From Halorhodospira halophila SL1 (GTDB taxonomy: Bacteria > Pseudomonadota > Gammaproteobacteria > Nitrococcales > Halorhodospiraceae): a DNA stretch of 32,000 nt. Location of the stretch: NCBI RefSeq assembly GCF_000015585.1, contig NC_008789.1, positions 300,001-332,000 on the forward strand, written 5' to 3'. This document shows positions 28,439 through 32,000 of this stretch, in pieces. The notes under the pieces were generated by a model. It saw nothing but the letters and a program-made list of their open reading frames with translations. It did no database searches and was not told the DNA's origin. Position 1 is the first letter of the stretch, and every line of letters begins with the position of its first letter. The translations under genes and the position numbers were made by a program.

Positions 28439-30373
28439 TCAGTGCGCAAAGGCGCGGGCAATGGCGTCCGCCGGGGTACAGGCTGCTGCCTGGCTCCCGC
28501 GGTCGTCGCGCAGCTCGTTGCAACGCTCGGCCGGCTCATCCCCACCACCGAACAGGCCATCGGCGAAGGATGCGTGGTGGACCACCTGCAGACCGGCGTA
28601 GAAACCGTTGGTGAACTCGACCTCGGGCCGGGCATCGGCATCGTTGTGCTCGTCGTCGTAGCTGATCCCGTCCACGACGTTGTAGGCGTAACCGGCCTGG
28701 GCCTGGATCTGCGTATGCGGGGTCAGGAAGGCCCCCAGGGTCAGCCGGGGCTGGACGTGGAGGGTGTTGATATCGAGATCATCCTCCTCGAAGCCCTCCC
28801 CCTCGTGCTTGAGGCGCAGGATCTCGCCGGTGACGCCCACCCCGAGCCCGACGTAGCTCCGACCCATCGGGTAGATGCGGCGCTCGGCGAAGAGCCCTAA
28901 ACGACCGGCAAAGCCCCGGTTGATCTCCTGCTCGCCGCCATCGATCTCCACGTCGCCCCCCCTGGCCACACCAATACCGCCCTCGAGGTGGACCCACCAC
29001 TGGGAACGCTGCGGCGCGTTCTGGGTGAAGGCAAGGTTGTAGCTGCCGATGAGGTTCGCGTAGGCCTGACCACCGGCCCCGCCGGCGGGCTCGCCGTCGA
29101 GCTCGATCTCGTTGCCCTGGTAGCTGCCGCCGTAACCGAGGAAGACGCCGCTGTACGGGATCTCCTCGGCGCGGTCCGAGCGTTCGATGCGGGTTTCCCG
29201 CGCCAGGACGCGCACCGAACTATCGGTTCGCTCGCCCTCGGGCAGCACGAGACAGGTCTCGCCCACATCGCGGACCATGCCCCAGCCAATCCGCTCCTCT
29301 TCACCGTCGATGGTGCGGTAGAAGGCCACCAGCGCGTCGGGACGAACGTTCTGCTGATCCCCGAACGGCACTTGCACGTTGCGCAGTCCGGCCTCCGTGA
29401 CCGGGGCGGCGTAACGGAAGTCCGCGTGCTCCTCGACCAGAAGCTGTTCGAGCGTGGAGATGTTGTCCACGAACGCGCTGCGGTAGGCGCTGATCAGATG
29501 CGGCTCGATATCCATCCGCCAAGCTGCGGACTCCTGCTTGGTCGTCTTACCGGACCGGCCTCTGTTGTTCAGCGCGTCGGGGTAGTCCACAGGGGTGATC
29601 ACATCGCGAACCTCGAAGCGCTCCCCGTTGAACTGGAAGACCGCCACCCCGGTAGGGACCTCAGCCCGGATTTCACTCCTGTAGTCGAAATATTCCTCGC
29701 CGTCGTCATCCTCCTGCTCACGCTTCGTAATGCGCCAGTCAGCCCCGGCGGCAGAGGTGTAGAAACCGATGACACGCACCGACTCACTCATGCGCTCGAG
29801 TACCTCGGCAGGGATACCGGTCTGCCGGGCGCGCTCGGTGATGAACGTCGCCTGCTCGGTCTGCGACATGTGCTCATAACGCTCATCCCGGGCCGCGCTG
29901 ATCACCTCGGCCAGGGGGGCGGCGAGCTTCTCATCGAGCTGCTCGCGCATGGTCTCGGTGTAGGTCTTCGGATCCACGCCCACCGGCGCCTGGAGACCCT
30001 CGCCGAACGCGCTCTCCGTTTCGATGACCTGCGTGGGGGTTTGGATCTGCGTGGTCTCGGGGCCGAGCAGGATGCGATCCACCCGCGGCGACAGGATGCG
30101 ATCCAGATGACCGTCGAGCACGTCTTCCGGCACATGCTGACCGAGGGTGACCTCCTCAATGCCACGAACCTCACATTCGCCCTCGTGATCGCAGTACTCC
30201 TGCGTAACCCTGAACGTCTCCGTGGCCACACCCACCCCGGAGAGGACCAGCACAGCCTGGCGCTCACTGTGGGCGACGGTCTCGTCGGCCCACTCCACGG
30301 CAACACCACTCCCCCAGGGGATCCCCAGCAGGACCAGGCCTGCCAGGGATCGCCGTAAGATCCGTGCGGTCAT
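28439..30373 (-). CDS. Large exported protein with a C-terminal beta-barrel-like region (hypothetical)
   Basis: ATG at 30373 with an AAGAGGGG SD. 644 aa with a signal peptide (LAGLVLLGIPWGSGVAVEW). The last roughly 230 aa show amphipathic strand periodicity ending in GLQVVHHASF, followed by a 41-aa tail containing two Cys. Confidence 0.6.
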   Translation of the reverse strand: MTARILRRSLAGLVLLGIPWGSGVAVEWADETVAHSERQAVLVLSGVGVATETFRVTQEYCDHEGECEVRGIEEVTLGQHVPEDVLDGHLDRILSPRVDRILLGPETTQIQTPTQVIETESAFGEGLQAPVGVDPKTYTETMREQLDEKLAAPLAEVISAARDERYEHMSQTEQATFITERARQTGIPAEVLERMSESVRVIGFYTSAAGADWRITKREQEDDDGEEYFDYRSEIRAEVPTGVAVFQFNGERFEVRDVITPVDYPDALNNRGRSGKTTKQESAAWRMDIEPHLISAYRSAFVDNISTLEQLLVEEHADFRYAAPVTEAGLRNVQVPFGDQQNVRPDALVAFYRTIDGEEERIGWGMVRDVGETCLVLPEGERTDSSVRVLARETRIERSDRAEEIPYSGVFLGYGGSYQGNEIELDGEPAGGAGGQAYANLIGSYNLAFTQNAPQRSQWWVHLEGGIGVARGGDVEIDGGEQEINRGFAGRLGLFAERRIYPMGRSYVGLGVGVTGEILRLKHEGEGFEEDDLDINTLHVQPRLTLGAFLTPHTQIQAQAGYAYNVVDGISYDDEHNDADARPEVEFTNGFYAGLQVVHHASFADGLFGGGDEPAERCNELRDDRGSQAAACTPADAIARAFAH

Positions 30374-30419
30374 AAACCCCTCTTGGTTGTTCTTGTTCGT
30401 CTGGGTGCACTGGCCGCAA

Positions 30420-31511
30420 TTACTGCAGCAGCGCCTCACCGCTCTCACCGCTGATGACGGCCTCGGTCAGGGCCTCGGCCAGTGCCCGGCGGCGCTCCTC
30501 GAGATCGCCTTCGGCGACCCGATCGATCCCCCCGGTGTGCTCCGCCACCGGCTGACCGCCTCGGTGGGCCTCGATGCGCGCCTCCAGGGCGTAGTAGTCC
30601 TGATCAGCAACCCGGGACAGGTGGCGCTGTTCGATGCGCAGTTGCACCGTACGCTCGGCGTGAGCGTCCACCTCGATATCGTGTCGACCCAGCACCCCGG
30701 CAACGGCCGACCGGGTGTCCTCGGGCAGATCCAGGGCCACACCGTGCTCAGCCACTGGGACCAACTCGATCTCCAGCGTCTTGTGGGTGTGGGCGACCAG
30801 ATCGATGCGCCGCCGCTCGGTGCGGTACCCGTCGGCCTTGGCGCGGTAGCGGTACCGGCCGGGCGGGACGAGTTGCTCCTGGCGGTTGTCGAGGACCCGA
30901 TCGCCGACGTGCAGTTCGGCCTCATCGGGTATCAGATCCGGTGTCAGGCGGGCGTAGTCGAGATACTGAATGGCCTCATCCCGATGCGCAGCCAATTGCT
31001 CCGCCGCCTCCTCGGCGGCCGCAGCATCGGGCTCGGCAGCGAAGGGCACCAGGGCCAGGCCGAAGTCGGCCCGGTCGGTGACGGCCTCGATCTCCTCGGC
31101 GTCGAGTCGCCCATAGTCGCGATCCACCTGACGCAGGAGACTCTCCAGCGTGCGCAGGACCCCCGACTCCCGCAGCCGCGCCTCCACCCGGTAGTCGTCA
31201 CGCGCCGCCTCGGGGTCGCTATACTCCACGCCCTCGAAGAAGCCCCGGGCCCGCGAGGCGATCCTGGCGTCCATCTCCTCGCTCACTTCGTCATCGGCGA
31301 GGGTGGTGCGCACCTCCTGGTCGCTCTCGACGGTGACCGCCACGCGCTCGCTCAGCGCGTTGAGGGCCGCGGCACGGGCACTCTCCTCGTCCGCCCCGTA
31401 GCCGGCAGCACTGAGGACCACCTCGCCGGCGTGGGCCTGCGAACCGACTGCCCCTGCCAGGAACACTCCCAGAGACCACGCCGCAGACCGGCGTAATTTG
31501 CGACTGCCCAT
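30420..31511 (-). CDS. Exported LPP20-like + PEGA-domain protein (hypothetical)
   Basis: ATG at 31511 (GTG at 31517 is also possible) with a GGAGGGGAGGG SD. Signal peptide ...GSQAHA/GE. The N-terminal GYGADEESARAAALNALSERV pattern is LPP20/FlgO-like. The central LHVGDRVL...VPPGRYRYRAKADGYRTERRRIDL resembles a PEGA domain. Confidence 0.6.
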   Translation of the reverse strand: MGSRKLRRSAAWSLGVFLAGAVGSQAHAGEVVLSAAGYGADEESARAAALNALSERVAVTVESDQEVRTTLADDEVSEEMDARIASRARGFFEGVEYSDPEAARDDYRVEARLRESGVLRTLESLLRQVDRDYGRLDAEEIEAVTDRADFGLALVPFAAEPDAAAAEEAAEQLAAHRDEAIQYLDYARLTPDLIPDEAELHVGDRVLDNRQEQLVPPGRYRYRAKADGYRTERRRIDLVAHTHKTLEIELVPVAEHGVALDLPEDTRSAVAGVLGRHDIEVDAHAERTVQLRIEQRHLSRVADQDYYALEARIEAHRGGQPVAEHTGGIDRVAEGDLEERRRALAEALTEAVISGESGEALLQ

Positions 31512-31586
31512 GGTCACCGGCCCTCCCCTCCGGTCGGTTAGAAGGCCGGGGCACTCACAGCGCCCCGGCTCGGCTCCGGAACCCCA

Positions 31587-32000
31587 TCACTCCAGGGCTT
31601 CGTCCATGCGGTTGAGGGCCTCCTGACTGAGGAAGCGCTCGCGCAGCTCGGCGTCGGTGAACACGTCCTCCTCCTCGGGCTCGACCCGCTCGGCAACCTG
31701 ATCGACGATCTGATTCACGCTGTCCTGGCCAAGCGCCATCATCGAGCAGAAGTGGGTCACGTCCTCGCCGTCCCCGTCGGGCAGATCCACATAATCGGCA
31801 GTCACCCGGAACGACCCCCGCACCTGCTCCTCGACCACCTGGCGGCTGACCTCCTCGAACATGCCGCCCTGCTGAACGGCGCCGTCGTCGCCGTCGATGG
31901 TGCTCTGGTAGTCCTCGGACAGCGACTGCATCTGGGCGCTGAGCCCGGCGGCCAGCTGCTGACGTGCGTCCATATCGGCACGGCTCTGGTCCGTGTTGAA
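31587..32000 (-). CDS. LPP20-like acidic protein, 5'-truncated by the window edge (hypothetical)
   Basis: ORF 31587..31973, but the frame stays open to position 32000 and there is no signal peptide after Met-31973. The true start is therefore probably outside the window. Confidence 0.45.
   Translation of the reverse strand, partial: FNTDQSRADMDARQQLAAGLSAQMQSLSEDYQSTIDGDDGAVQQGGMFEEVSRQVVEEQVRGSFRVTADYVDLPDGDGEDVTHFCSMMALGQDSVNQIVDQVAERVEPEEEDVFTDAELRERFLSQEALNRMDEALE

Overview
This is a very GC-rich proteobacterial chromosome segment. The gene content looks gammaproteobacterial. The strongly acidic exported proteins hint at a halophile such as an Ectothiorhodospiraceae member, but that is inference only. 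The window is dominated by a Mo-nitrogenase (nif) regulon arranged in five units, each preceded by a readable sigma54 -24/-12 element and, except where noted, TGT-N10-ACA NifA-type upstream sites. (1) nifE-nifN-nifX-DUF269 on the + strand, 1899-5705. (2) nifH-nifD-nifK-4Fe4S ferredoxin-nifY/nafY-2Fe2S ferredoxin on the - strand, 12545-7233. (3) nifB-nifQ-nifV-nifW-nifZ::nifM fusion-SIR2-like gene on the - strand, 18389-13428. (4) nifA on the - strand, 20152-18575, with no nifL. (5) The divergent rnfABCDGEH-rseC-like operon on the + strand, 20527-26351. Non-nif genes sit between these units: a tandem-USP gene, a small membrane protein and a DUF411/CopG-type periplasmic copper protein. The left flank carries a DUF523 gene fragment, a HAD hydrolase and dnaQ. 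The right flank (26348-32000, - strand) is a co-directional five-gene cluster of exported, very acidic proteins with no enzyme, ATPase or regulator recognisable by eye: LPP20-like, LPP20+PEGA, a 644-aa protein with a C-terminal beta-barrel, a CsgG/LpoB-like lipoprotein and a small OMP. The items most worth a second look are the SIR2-like gene coupled to nifZ::nifM, the NifZ-NifM fusion, a NifB lacking its NifX-like domain, an orphan Cys-less nifA sharing two NifA sites with rnf, the unusual nifH upstream architecture, and the envelope cluster. I saw no tRNA, rRNA, CRISPR, IS or integrase signatures. Most other long ORFs in the track are antisense shadow ORFs typical of high-GC DNA.
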